From IMG/VR virus record IMGVR_UViG_3300033182_000980, positions 186,001-250,000 of that record: 64,000 bases of DNA. One strand, written 5' to 3'. This document shows positions 25,582-34,628 of the stretch, piece by piece. Position 1 is the stretch's first letter, and each line of letters begins with the position of its first letter. The notes beneath the pieces are model-generated. The model searched no databases. It saw only the letters and a list, made by a program, of their open reading frames with translations, and was not told where the DNA came from. The position numbers and the translations under genes are program-made.

Positions 25582-26148
25582 CTTTAGCCACCGATACGCT
25601 GTGGCTTCGGAGACTCCGTATAAATCCATGACTTGCTTTACATTCAAACTATAATCGAAGTCATGGGGTTTGCTAGATTTTCTATTTTTGGGCCTCATCT
25701 TAACGCCATATTTTTTAAGCCTATTTCTAAGTGTCTTTGGGTCAACATCGTATTTTTTGCAGATGTCTTTAACCTTTATACTTGAGTCTTGATACATCCT
25801 TATTATGTGTTCCATATCTTCTTCAGGTATTTTTTCTAACGGTTGTTCATATCTTAATGGGACATTAAACTCGTGTATCATGTTATAAACATGGGGCTTA
25901 GATACCCTATGCTTTCTAGCTATCTCGGAGACACCCATACCTCTTTTATAGTCTAAGGCGATGTCAGCACCCTCAAACTTATATGCTTTTGAGGGTTTTA
26001 TTTGAACACCCTCTTCTCTTAGCCTATTGATGATCGTTAGATAACTCACACCATAAAGTTCACCTAGCTTGGTTGAGCTGATGTTATTCCGATAACTACG
26101 AACAATTTGATCTACTGGTAGATCTATATAGCCTCCAACTTTTTTCAT
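25579..26148 (-). CDS. Tandem helix-turn-helix DNA-binding protein (about four HTH units)
   Basis: STKLGELYGVSYLTIINRL; VSEIARKHRVSKPHVYNMI; VKDICKKYDVDPKTLRNRL; VKQVMDLYGVSEATAYRWL. Confidence 0.8.
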   Translation of the reverse strand: MKKVGGYIDLPVDQIVRSYRNNISSTKLGELYGVSYLTIINRLREEGVQIKPSKAYKFEGADIALDYKRGMGVSEIARKHRVSKPHVYNMIHEFNVPLRYEQPLEKIPEEDMEHIIRMYQDSSIKVKDICKKYDVDPKTLRNRLKKYGVKMRPKNRKSSKPHDFDYSLNVKQVMDLYGVSEATAYRWLK

Positions 26149-26474
26149 GTCTGATCCCCCTCTCTATTTGCATAGCGTGGGGAGTCAAAGCTACTATGGA
26201 TAAACTCATCAAAGGGAACACTCCATTGATATTCAGAGTAGTATTCCTCGACTAGATGTACCGTATTCCCCCTCGACCACACCACAGTATCACCAAACTC
26301 ATCAGCCCAAACAGGGCAAGAGCAGATATACTTAGTATCGGACTCTTTTAGGAGTCCTCTGATTGTGTCCATAAAGTCTTTGGGTTCAACCCACCCTATT
26401 TCTTTACCATGTCCGAAAGTGCCTTTTGGCTGATACTCGCTGATGTGATAGCATTCGTCTTGGTCATAAGTCAT
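26145..26474 (-). CDS. Hypothetical protein
   Basis: ATGA overlaps with both neighbours. Confidence 0.6.
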   Translation of the reverse strand: MTYDQDECYHISEYQPKGTFGHGKEIGWVEPKDFMDTIRGLLKESDTKYICSCPVWADEFGDTVVWSRGNTVHLVEEYYSEYQWSVPFDEFIHSSFDSPRYANREGDQT

Positions 26475-27580
26475 ACTCGATACCTCTCGATCTCTTGGGT
26501 TGGGGCTAGGTTAGGGTCTTGGGTGAACTCATGCCACAGCTTGATTTTGACCCATGTTTTGGTTGCATCTCCTGCTTTATAGGTTCGGGTGCGATCCTCG
26601 ATGTCGATGATGTCATCGTCTATTACTTGGTGCTTTTCTACATAGGCTAAGGTTACCCATCGCTCTCTGTAGTGGCTACGCACATTACGAGGGGTGTAGT
26701 GTTCGGGTGCTGTGTAGCTCCTAGCATCAGTCTCTTTTGGGTCGCTATCTACATGGCGAAAGTAGGTAGTGCGAAACTCCCTGTACTTCTGCTTGAACCT
26801 TGCACCTTTTGGCTTGCCTTTGCCTTTAGACTTGATCTTTGTTCGCCCACAGGGGAAGCGATTGTCTTGGTGGACGCTTGTTTCCTTGACGAACTGACCC
26901 TCATGGATCATCTCAAGTGCTGTTAGTCCAAAGGCGGCTACTTTAGCGTAGCCCATCTTTGGTGAGATCTCACCTCGCTGTTCGTGAGCTACAAACTCAC
27001 CAAACGAAAGCTCCTTATTCAAAGGGAAAGCATAAAAGTATCCGTTGGTAGCGTGGACATAGCACCAATACTCTGGCATAGCATCTGCGTACTTTTCTTG
27101 AGAAAGTTCAGACACATAGCCATAATAACCTTTCTCTACCCACGATGGTGTTTTCACTAGAAGGATGCCTTTCACCCTTTCAAGAGTTTCATTTTCACCT
27201 GTTCTGTCGGGGTTTATAGGAAAGCCCCAACTTGAGAGGTCAATCCATACCATTCCTTTATCAAGGTGTGGGATGGTGATCTCCTCTTTTAGAGGTGTGT
27301 TCTCAAGATACTCTTTGACGCTACGATCAAGAGCGAGGTCAGCAGGTCGCTTTTTGAGGTAGTTTAAGGCACAGTACAAGTCCATTAACGGATTAGTTGC
27401 CCCCTCAACAAACTCATAAAAGTCATCAGAGTGCTTTTTAAACCCTGTGATTGATAGAGCGTACTCGGCTTGATCTTTGGTTGTACCCTTGTGCTTTAGG
27501 GCTTCATTGAGCACACCGTGGGGGATCGTCTGCTTGAGATGTGCAAGGTATGAACCTCGTGGTAGCTTGTGTGAACGCAT
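26471..27580 (-). CDS. Hypothetical phage protein with a C-terminal VR(S/G)H(Y/W)R-type motif
   Basis: Strong AAAGGAG RBS; PRNVRSHYRERW...WVK. Confidence 0.7.
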   Translation of the reverse strand: MRSHKLPRGSYLAHLKQTIPHGVLNEALKHKGTTKDQAEYALSITGFKKHSDDFYEFVEGATNPLMDLYCALNYLKKRPADLALDRSVKEYLENTPLKEEITIPHLDKGMVWIDLSSWGFPINPDRTGENETLERVKGILLVKTPSWVEKGYYGYVSELSQEKYADAMPEYWCYVHATNGYFYAFPLNKELSFGEFVAHEQRGEISPKMGYAKVAAFGLTALEMIHEGQFVKETSVHQDNRFPCGRTKIKSKGKGKPKGARFKQKYREFRTTYFRHVDSDPKETDARSYTAPEHYTPRNVRSHYRERWVTLAYVEKHQVIDDDIIDIEDRTRTYKAGDATKTWVKIKLWHEFTQDPNLAPTQEIERYRV

Positions 27581-27609
27581 ATTGGTTCTCCTTTCAGAGT
27601 GGCTATGGT

Positions 27610-27620
27610 TAAGGGGTTAC
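27610..27620 (-). promoter_or_regulatory. Class-E motif GTAACCCCTTA
   Basis: Exact 11-mer, 30 nt upstream of 27580. Confidence 0.65.
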
Positions 27621-27838
27621 AGTCTTTTGTGCCTCTGCTTATATGACTTTAGGTCAAAGCCTTCATCTCTTAGGGTTCGCCTAATCTTCTCAAGAGCCTT
27701 AGCTACAACCCGATCACCTTTAGGGTAGTAATCTCCATTGGCTTCAAGCCATGCAGAGACTCGGCTCTTGTCTTTAAAGGAGCAAATGACCACCCTAGCT
27801 AACTCGCTAGACTCGTGGCTGATCTGTTCGGCTGTCAT
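27617..27838 (-). CDS. Small hypothetical protein
   Basis: 73-aa ORF coupled (ATGA) to the upstream gene. Confidence 0.55.
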   Translation of the reverse strand: MTAEQISHESSELARVVICSFKDKSRVSAWLEANGDYYPKGDRVVAKALEKIRRTLRDEGFDLKSYKQRHKRL

Positions 27839-28143
27839 ACACCAACCATCCTGTACTCAACAGCCTCACCGCACTTAGGACACTTACCATCTGGTGTAGG
27901 CTCACCTCCATCATGGAACTGATGCCATTGACAGATGTGAGGCTCAACCGACTTGATGTGCTTACAAGGGCTTTTATCGTAGTCCTCTCCCTTCTGATAG
28001 AAGAAGGCCGGACAAGTACAAGTCCATACTCCAAGACGCTCTAAGAGCTGTACCTTGTAGGCCTTACCTTTGCTTCCCTGTACCTCATAGGTCTTAAAGG
28101 GAGCTTGGCATTGTGCGTATGGGTGGTAAGTTAAGTCGGGCAT
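27835..28143 (-). CDS. SWIM zinc-finger protein with a C-terminal zinc ribbon
   Basis: V.GSKG..Y.V...WTCTCP...CKH plus C..H...CPKCG; AAAGGAG RBS. Confidence 0.8.
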   Translation of the reverse strand: MPDLTYHPYAQCQAPFKTYEVQGSKGKAYKVQLLERLGVWTCTCPAFFYQKGEDYDKSPCKHIKSVEPHICQWHQFHDGGEPTPDGKCPKCGEAVEYRMVGV

Positions 28144-28180
28144 TGGTGTTCTCCTTTAAGGATTATTATATGACAGAGAC

Positions 28181-28801
28181 TTAGGCGAGTCGGATGTTTG
28201 CCCTCACATCCCAATACGCCTTAGACACCTCCATTTGAGCGTTGTACTCGTCCTCACTCATATCGGTGAGCGTACCTCCATCAAGACCCTTATAGTTAGC
28301 CTCTAGTGCTGTGGGGGTGATGGGTGGAGCGTCCATGCACTCGTCCTCTGAAGCGTTGATGCTGACCAACTGCCAACTAGTAGGGTCAAGCGTGGAGAGG
28401 TCTACATCTTCACCCTGTGCGAGAGCGACATCGTTGTAAAACACGAGATCGACCGTCTTGGCGAGTGGCTTAGAGTCTCGGATCACCTCACGATAAGGTC
28501 GGGGATCTTCACCCTCCACACGAGAACGGAAGCCTTCAAGGACCTCCTCACCCTCACGAACAAGAGTGATTGCAGAGAAGAAGCGATCCCTCACTTGCTC
28601 ATCTGTAAGACGAGCGAGGATGACTCGACCACCCTGGTCGTAGCTTGCAGGTCGGTAGCCTTCGGACAGGTTTTTTGACTCGACCTCATGCAAGAGAAGG
28701 GCGACCTCTTCAAAGGTCATGGAGCTGTGAGAGAAAGGACTCTCAGCAGTTTGTCGTTGGCAGAAGGGGTTTACGGTTGCGTTGTTGATTGTGATGTTCA
28801 T
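28181..28801 (-). CDS. Hypothetical protein
   Basis: AAGGGAG RBS; class-E motif upstream. Confidence 0.7.
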   Translation of the reverse strand: MNITINNATVNPFCQRQTAESPFSHSSMTFEEVALLLHEVESKNLSEGYRPASYDQGGRVILARLTDEQVRDRFFSAITLVREGEEVLEGFRSRVEGEDPRPYREVIRDSKPLAKTVDLVFYNDVALAQGEDVDLSTLDPTSWQLVSINASEDECMDAPPITPTALEANYKGLDGGTLTDMSEDEYNAQMEVSKAYWDVRANIRLA

Positions 28802-28846
28802 CTTGTCTCCCTTTCGTGGAGTGGTTGATTGATGCTTTGTAATAGA

Positions 28847-28857
28847 TAAGGGGTTAC
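28847..28857 (-). promoter_or_regulatory. Class-E motif GTAACCCCTTA
   Basis: Exact 11-mer, 46 nt upstream of 28801. Confidence 0.65.
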
Positions 28858-28909
28858 GCTTTACCTAACGACTCGACAGAGAGCTTTCGGACAGCGAACC
28901 TAAGTTTTT

Positions 28910-29089
28910 TTATCCGAGATCGTGTGCGAGGTCATTCGCCTCAATCTCTGCGTGGATCTCCTCGTGGTCAAAGATGACCACACGCTCTGCTTTGAGCTTG
29001 GCTCGCATCTCTTTGACGGTGTAGACCTCATTGAGATGGAAGAGAAAGAGTCGGCAGAGTGCATTGATCTCGTTCATTGTGTATGTCAT
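28910..29089 (-). CDS. 59-aa hypothetical protein (below the ORF-track cutoff)
   Basis: MTYTMNEINALCRLFLFHLNEVYTVKEMRAKLKAERVVIFDHEEIHAEIEANDLAHDLG; AAAGGAG RBS; class-E motif upstream. Confidence 0.7.
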   Translation of the reverse strand: MTYTMNEINALCRLFLFHLNEVYTVKEMRAKLKAERVVIFDHEEIHAEIEANDLAHDLG

Positions 29090-29152
29090 GTGTGTCTCCT
29101 TTGGGAGTTGAGGTTGGGGTTGGTCATCAGCCCCTCGATACTATGGTATAAA

Positions 29153-29226
29153 TAAGGGGTTACCGATTAGCTTTTGTGAGCCAAATCAAACACTTACGCA
29201 AGTTTGTGGTGGGTCGTAACCCCTTA
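29153..29226. promoter_or_regulatory. Divergent pair of class-E motifs (29153-29163 minus; 29216-29226 plus)
   Basis: Two exact GTAACCCCTTA 11-mers pointing outward. Confidence 0.65.
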
Positions 29227-29290
29227 TCTATTGTTTCTTATCGGGGCAGACGATGCCTCACTAACCCTCACTCCCGAACGGAGAACAGAC

Positions 29291-29434
29291 ATGACAGTTT
29301 CACAAATCATCCTCGCACTCATCGCACTCATCGGAACTGGCTTCTTCATGGTCGTCATGTACGCCGCATGGCTGGGTCTGATGGAGGACACAGCGAGGCT
29401 TGTGATTAAGGTTCGCAACCACACTAAGAGGTAA
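29291..29434 (+). CDS. 47-aa single-pass membrane protein (start corrected)
   Basis: GGAGA RBS; MTVSQIILALIALIGTGFFMVVMYAAWLG hydrophobic helix, basic tail. Confidence 0.65.
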   Translation: MTVSQIILALIALIGTGFFMVVMYAAWLGLMEDTARLVIKVRNHTKR

Positions 29435-29437
29435 AGC

Positions 29438-29448
29438 GTAACCCCTTA
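29438..29448 (+). promoter_or_regulatory. Class-E motif GTAACCCCTTA
   Basis: Exact 11-mer, 60 nt upstream of 29508. Confidence 0.65.
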
Positions 29449-29507
29449 ATCATATAACTGTGTAGGTATGATGCCTACACCTTCCCCACTCTAACAAGGA
29501 GATCAAT

Positions 29508-30209
29508 ATGAGTGCCGAGACAATCCTTTACATAATCCTATCGCTCTTAAGAGCAGACAACGCAACCAACCTCACCGACCCTGTGGTTCATAACCACTTG
29601 GTCGAGGTAAGTGAGGCTATCGAGGCTCACGCTTCACGAACAGTACCTGCCGAGCGTCTTATAAGCCTTGCGTATAATGAGAGTCGCTTTGGGTATCGCC
29701 ATGTTCAGCGTGGCACTTTCCCAAAGAGCAGTTGGAATGCCTGTGGCATCTATCAGCAAGTCCCTCGCTACAGTCGTATCGAGACGACCTGTGATCGACT
29801 AGGGACAGATGTTGACCATGCCACAGAGGTAGCTGTTGCTTACCTTGACTACATGATTGATCGCTGGTCAATCAGAGGCTCACGCAATATGGACACTCGT
29901 ATGTGCCACTACTACAGTGGCAACCGATGTGATGCCGAAGCTAGAGCTTACTCGAAGCGACATCGTAGGGTTCGTTTAAAGGCTCGTAAGCTACGCTCTA
30001 AGGCTCGCAGAGCTTCGACCCCTCGCCCTACTACTCGCAGAGCTACAAACGCTCGTAGGATCACAAAAGAGAGCCTTTTCGCAGGTGTCTCACCTCGCAG
30101 AAAGACTCTACAAGAGATGACTCGTGAGGAGTGGGTACACGCTCTCCGACATGAGACGAATGAAGCTCGTAGACGAGAGCTTGCTCTCCCACCCTTAACC
30201 TTAGACTAA
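29508..30209 (+). CDS. Lytic transglycosylase (SLT/lysozyme-like) domain protein with an Arg-rich tail
   Basis: LAYNESRF (catalytic ES), ACGIYQ, YYSG; hydrophobic N-terminus. Confidence 0.7.
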   Translation: MSAETILYIILSLLRADNATNLTDPVVHNHLVEVSEAIEAHASRTVPAERLISLAYNESRFGYRHVQRGTFPKSSWNACGIYQQVPRYSRIETTCDRLGTDVDHATEVAVAYLDYMIDRWSIRGSRNMDTRMCHYYSGNRCDAEARAYSKRHRRVRLKARKLRSKARRASTPRPTTRRATNARRITKESLFAGVSPRRKTLQEMTREEWVHALRHETNEARRRELALPPLTLD

Positions 30210-30219
30210 GGGGGTGGGT

Positions 30220-30771
30220 ATGAGGTTCATGCAAGCATCTGACATATACGAGGTCTTGATGACCTACACTTTGCCCTTTGCGTTGAAGGAAAGCGACCTA
30301 GAGGAAGATGAGGTTTTAGACTATATACATGACTTTTACATAGACCTCCAAGACAATGAGGTGCAATGGGTAGACGGTGTTCGTCAAGGTACTTACGACC
30401 TTGAGAAGTTGAGTCCTAAGACCATGAAGCCAATCATCACTCGGTTCTTCTTTCAGTATGTAACGAGAGCCAAGTACACAGAGGGTAGGTGGGTAGATCG
30501 GAGACTATTGGGTCGAAGGACTCATGCGGAGGTGCTCAATGGATCACAAGCACCACATCATCTTCCACCACCAACGAGCTATGAGATGCACCTAAGAACA
30601 GACTGTGAGCTGTTCTTCAACTCGCTATCTCAAGATGAAGCTCTGGTGTTAAATCAGCTTGTTCGGGGAGAATCAGTAAAAACCCAAATGGAAACCATAG
30701 GTAAATCTTATAAGAGATACCGTAGGGTACTTAAAAGCCTACAGGCTAAAGCAAGAGAGCAGTTAATGTAA
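30220..30771 (+). CDS. Divergent ECF-like sigma factor
   Basis: Region-2-like helices, then region-4-like LSQDEALVLNQLVRGESVKTQMETIGKS...VLKSL. Confidence 0.5.
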   Translation: MRFMQASDIYEVLMTYTLPFALKESDLEEDEVLDYIHDFYIDLQDNEVQWVDGVRQGTYDLEKLSPKTMKPIITRFFFQYVTRAKYTEGRWVDRRLLGRRTHAEVLNGSQAPHHLPPPTSYEMHLRTDCELFFNSLSQDEALVLNQLVRGESVKTQMETIGKSYKRYRRVLKSLQAKAREQLM

Positions 30772-30782
30772 GGAGAATAACT

Positions 30783-31220
30783 ATGAAAACAATAACTAAG
30801 AAACAGGACGGCAAGCGTTGCATGAAGAAGATGAATCAATGGTATGGGTGCAATAAAAGCACAGCAGTAAACTGGTTTTCGAGGTGGGACGAGTTTACGA
30901 ATGACCTTATGCTTGAGCTTGGTTTTGTAAGAACAAAGTGTAGCCCGATTGAAAAGATCCCACGAAAAGATTGGGAACAAGAGCTGACTTACAGCCACAA
31001 TGTTCTTGGTGAATACACATTCCACCTAAAGAGGAAGCGTAGGCAAGAGGGTGGGCGTATCTATGTGTCTTGTGGTGATAAGGAAGTTATGGTAGATACT
31101 GTTAGTTATATCGCTTACCCCATAATGTGTCGGACAACAGTGGGTGATAAAATCTTGGAGATCATCCGTACTAACTGGGAGTCTCAAAACCTTGAGTCAA
31201 AGCCTAACGAAGAAGATTAA
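30783..31220 (+). CDS. Hypothetical protein, paralogue A
   Basis: W.C.NK.T..WF...ELGF...GG.I...RT.VGD.I...IR..W shared with 31234..31605. Confidence 0.65.
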   Translation: MKTITKKQDGKRCMKKMNQWYGCNKSTAVNWFSRWDEFTNDLMLELGFVRTKCSPIEKIPRKDWEQELTYSHNVLGEYTFHLKRKRRQEGGRIYVSCGDKEVMVDTVSYIAYPIMCRTTVGDKILEIIRTNWESQNLESKPNEED

Positions 31221-31233
31221 AGGCAAGCGAGTA

Positions 31234-31605
31234 ATGAGGAGTCTCCCTGTGTGGAGATGCGTGAATAAGACGACACCATTTAGCTGGTTCGAGAAATATG
31301 ATAGATTTCTCACAGAGCTTGGGTACGAGTTGGGGTTTACCTCCATAGGTGCAACGGAGATAGAGGAAATCACCGACAGCTATTACATTACGATGACTTT
31401 TCGCCACAGCTCTGATAAGTATTTTTCTTTTACGCTTATGAGGGGCAAACAGTTTTTCGGTGGTGGCATTAGTCTTAGGTTAGACAACCATCAAACAGAG
31501 TTGCTTGTAACAGCGATCCCTCATAACAACAAATTTGTAGAGTCAAGGACAGTGGTTGGGGACTGGATTATAAATCAGATCCGAGATCATTGGGATCTAG
31601 TTTAA
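31234..31605 (+). CDS. Hypothetical protein, paralogue B (start corrected to MRSLPV)
   Basis: Same shared motifs as paralogue A. Confidence 0.65.
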   Translation: MRSLPVWRCVNKTTPFSWFEKYDRFLTELGYELGFTSIGATEIEEITDSYYITMTFRHSSDKYFSFTLMRGKQFFGGGISLRLDNHQTELLVTAIPHNNKFVESRTVVGDWIINQIRDHWDLV

Positions 31606-32178
31606 GCCAAACTTCTTTCTCGACACAGGTAGAAATCCAAAGCCTGGTGAGATGGAGTCTCCTGTTGAGATTTGATTTCCACCCTCATCAATCTTCATAT
31701 TGAATGTAGCTTTCTCCACAGTCCCTGGAGAGAAGGTAGCCACTTCTTCAATGTGATCAGCCCATGCGAGAAGGTAGCGACTACCTTCAAATGGTTCGCC
31801 TTTGAAGTCGGTTCGTAGCCCATAAGCGAATACGGGTATTTCTAGCTCATCGACAATCTTTGTTAGACCGAGAACTTGCTCACGATTAAAGAACTGAGCT
31901 TCGTCAACAAAGACGACTTGGATTCCCTCTGATCCAACATCTTTTCGGAAGATGACCTCTTGCATGATGAGGCTGAAAGGATCTTCCCCTGTTCCGACAG
32001 TGGTAGCCTTTTGTTCAAAGCCGATTCGTGATGCGACCTTAGATTTCCCATCACGATCTTGAGCCACTTCTGGTACAAGGATACGAAACTCGATGTCTCT
32101 TTCTTTGCATGAGTGTGCCCTCATTATGAGGTTAGCAGATTTACCTGCGTTGACGGTTGAATAGATAAAGTTTAACAA
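31597..32178 (-). CDS. tdk: Thymidine kinase (TK1/type II family)
   Basis: YSTVNAGKS P-loop, VFVDEAQF, AYGLRTDF.GEPFEGS..LLAWAD. Confidence 0.93.
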   Translation of the reverse strand: MLNFIYSTVNAGKSANLIMRAHSCKERDIEFRILVPEVAQDRDGKSKVASRIGFEQKATTVGTGEDPFSLIMQEVIFRKDVGSEGIQVVFVDEAQFFNREQVLGLTKIVDELEIPVFAYGLRTDFKGEPFEGSRYLLAWADHIEEVATFSPGTVEKATFNMKIDEGGNQISTGDSISPGFGFLPVSRKKFGLN

Positions 32179-32777
32179 GGCAGTAAGTCCTCTCGTTCAA
32201 GTAAGTAAGCGACCTTTTCACGCACCTGCTTAACATACTTATTAACGAGTCTGATCTCCCAACCGTACTCACGACTGATGTGGGCTTTCTTTAATCCGTT
32301 CATAAGTGCATCATATACCTTGAGCAGAACTCCAGAGAAGTTAGCTCTGATTTCTTGTAAGAAGATAGCGTCCGAGGGGTCTTCCTCATAAGACGCATTA
32401 TATGAGCAAGCCACATCATCTTCCACACCAGTGACAAATCTATCACTGATGCGATTATACTTATTCATGTAGTTCATGGTGATGCAATCAACGACCATCA
32501 CAATATAAGTAGACATTGCAGACTTCTCTGGATCAAAGGGGCATGATCCTCTATTTCGGATAAGGATGCCTTTGTAGACCTCTTGTAGCACCTCTTCGGT
32601 GTCCACACCTGTTTTCATCAACTTCTGCCCTTGTCTTTTATAGAACAGGTTTTTGATGTCTTCTTTGTGTTTTTCTATATCAATACCTAGTGTCTTTACT
32701 TTGAAAGAATAGGAAAAAATAGTCGGTAGCCCCTCTTGCCACTTAAATTGTGGCGAGAGGTCAGTATAATCATACAT
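32172..32777 (-). CDS. ECF-type (sigma-70 family) RNA polymerase sigma factor
   Basis: EEVLQEVY...FDPEKSAMSTYI...NY (region 2) and a C-terminal HTH region 4. Confidence 0.8.
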   Translation of the reverse strand: MYDYTDLSPQFKWQEGLPTIFSYSFKVKTLGIDIEKHKEDIKNLFYKRQGQKLMKTGVDTEEVLQEVYKGILIRNRGSCPFDPEKSAMSTYIVMVVDCITMNYMNKYNRISDRFVTGVEDDVACSYNASYEEDPSDAIFLQEIRANFSGVLLKVYDALMNGLKKAHISREYGWEIRLVNKYVKQVREKVAYLLEREDLLPC

Positions 32778-32835
32778 TAAACCCCCTTTGCGTCTGGCTG
32801 GTGGATGTATTCTTCATGTAGAAAGGTTGTTGTCA

Positions 32836-33822
32836 ATGAAAAAGACATCTCAAATAGAAATCTTACATTGGGCCAAGTCTAAGCACAATGTAGACACTAA
32901 ATATATACATAAATCTCTTTCTGACAAGGATTTTAATAATCTTTGCTTACTTTTGCAGAAAAATAAGTACATTGGCTCGGTGGTAGACACTAAAGAGATG
33001 GTAAGTGAATACATCAAGGAACATGGCATACAGTACATACCTCAATCCTTTAAAGGGGTAGATGTAGACCTTACTTTCTTCTTTAATACCCATCCCCTTC
33101 AAGAAGATGAGTCGATTGAGGTCGATCTGTACCACATACTTTTACAATCGTGGTGCAAGCCAAGTAGAACGAACTACAGGACACTTAAGAAGCATCTTAA
33201 AGAGCTAGGGTACGATTTAAAGACTACATCTCCTACCTACTCTAGTCGCACAGAAAACTGTGTCGTGTCTCTCAAAGCCAACTACCCTCTAAGTTTGCCA
33301 AAGACTTTGGTAAGGTGTACCAAAGCTATCAAATGGTACACCGAGATACACAGTTGGCTGTATTTGGACTCGCCTAAAATTGAGTTGAGAGGTGAACTAT
33401 ATACTTTGAGGAGCTTAGGAGATAGGTGGGAAGCCTACTTTACGAAGCGTTTTATAGATCTTTTTGATATGTCGGAAGCACCTTATCTACATAAGCACCC
33501 TCAAGTGAGGGGAGCTTATGAGAATGCTCCTCCAGTATTGGCATTGTGTGAGCTGACCATTCGAGATGTTTTCAAGCCGACTAAGTTAAGAGACTGGATA
33601 GATACAGCTCTACGAACTTCTTACCTTGAGACTTACGGTAAGGAGTCCGAGGTGGACGAGATCTTTTTGGAAACCGTTTATGAGGAGGTGTGTGGCAAAC
33701 TCTCTAAGACTATGATAAAAGGCAACCCGATAAAAAGTTTCGATGTTGTTGGGGGTTGGATTTCTATAATAGTGATTGCTTACCTCAATGACATTCTGAA
33801 TGAATACCGGTCACTACTATAA
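32836..33822 (+). CDS. Hypothetical protein (start set at MKKTSQ)
   Basis: Long ORF with AAAGG RBS; no motif recognised. Confidence 0.65.
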   Translation: MKKTSQIEILHWAKSKHNVDTKYIHKSLSDKDFNNLCLLLQKNKYIGSVVDTKEMVSEYIKEHGIQYIPQSFKGVDVDLTFFFNTHPLQEDESIEVDLYHILLQSWCKPSRTNYRTLKKHLKELGYDLKTTSPTYSSRTENCVVSLKANYPLSLPKTLVRCTKAIKWYTEIHSWLYLDSPKIELRGELYTLRSLGDRWEAYFTKRFIDLFDMSEAPYLHKHPQVRGAYENAPPVLALCELTIRDVFKPTKLRDWIDTALRTSYLETYGKESEVDEIFLETVYEEVCGKLSKTMIKGNPIKSFDVVGGWISIIVIAYLNDILNEYRSLL

Positions 33823-33830
33823 GGAACAAG

Positions 33831-34628
33831 ATGAATATACTTTTAATTTTAGGACTCTCTTTTCAATGTATGTTGAACCATATGTCGTATGCGTCCTCTA
33901 TACATATAGAGCCTGGTTGGAAGATGATCCAGTCAAGACCTACCTCCGAGAGACAATTAAGGCGATTTCTAAGAGAGCTGACAAAAGACGATGATGAATA
34001 TGTTGACCCACGCATCCTCGCATTGTCTTGGATTGAGTCTCGGATCAGACCTCGTATAAATAGAGGAGATCGTGGCAAAGCCTGTGGGATGTTCCAAATC
34101 CATGCTCGTTATTCTTACCCTATGTTCAGAAGGCGAAGGGGCTTCAATGGATGGGTTGAAAGTGAAGAACAACAAACAATCAGCCGTGAATGTAGGCGAT
34201 TAGAATCTATAAGGTACTCTGTAAACACTATGGAGCGATACCTCACAAAAATGGATGAGAGAGGTTTACATCCTTGTCATCATAATAGTGGCTTCTATGG
34301 TCGATGTAATACATGGTATAAACAACGAGTCGATTATTGGACTGCTTACTTTGAGATCGCCAACTTCATGTGCAATGAAAGGACAATAGAGATTATGGCT
34401 ATGATGAGAACAGGAAACCCTATCCCGACAGCACCAGCTACAATGATGCAAGGTTATCTTGATGCGATGGGTGATAGAGAACCACAAAACGAAGATGACC
34501 CCACTTATAAGGCTGGGTACGACCTCGCAAAGCTCGTTCAAGAGGGTAAGGCTCAAGCTCCCTCTTGGGCGACTGAAAGCTCAAACAACACCTCGACAGC
34601 AAGCGAGGAAACTGAGCGTGAAGGATGA
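33831..34628 (+). CDS. Secreted lytic transglycosylase (SLT-like) domain protein
   Basis: Signal-like N-terminus; ILALSWIESR, ACGMFQI, HHNSG. Confidence 0.7.
   Translation: MNILLILGLSFQCMLNHMSYASSIHIEPGWKMIQSRPTSERQLRRFLRELTKDDDEYVDPRILALSWIESRIRPRINRGDRGKACGMFQIHARYSYPMFRRRRGFNGWVESEEQQTISRECRRLESIRYSVNTMERYLTKMDERGLHPCHHNSGFYGRCNTWYKQRVDYWTAYFEIANFMCNERTIEIMAMMRTGNPIPTAPATMMQGYLDAMGDREPQNEDDPTYKAGYDLAKLVQEGKAQAPSWATESSNNTSTASEETEREG

Noticed and set aside
28866-28910. Possible intrinsic terminator next to a T-run
   Set aside because: The sequence has a direct repeat (GACAG x2) rather than a convincing stem, and the T-run is on the strand opposite the transcribed genes.
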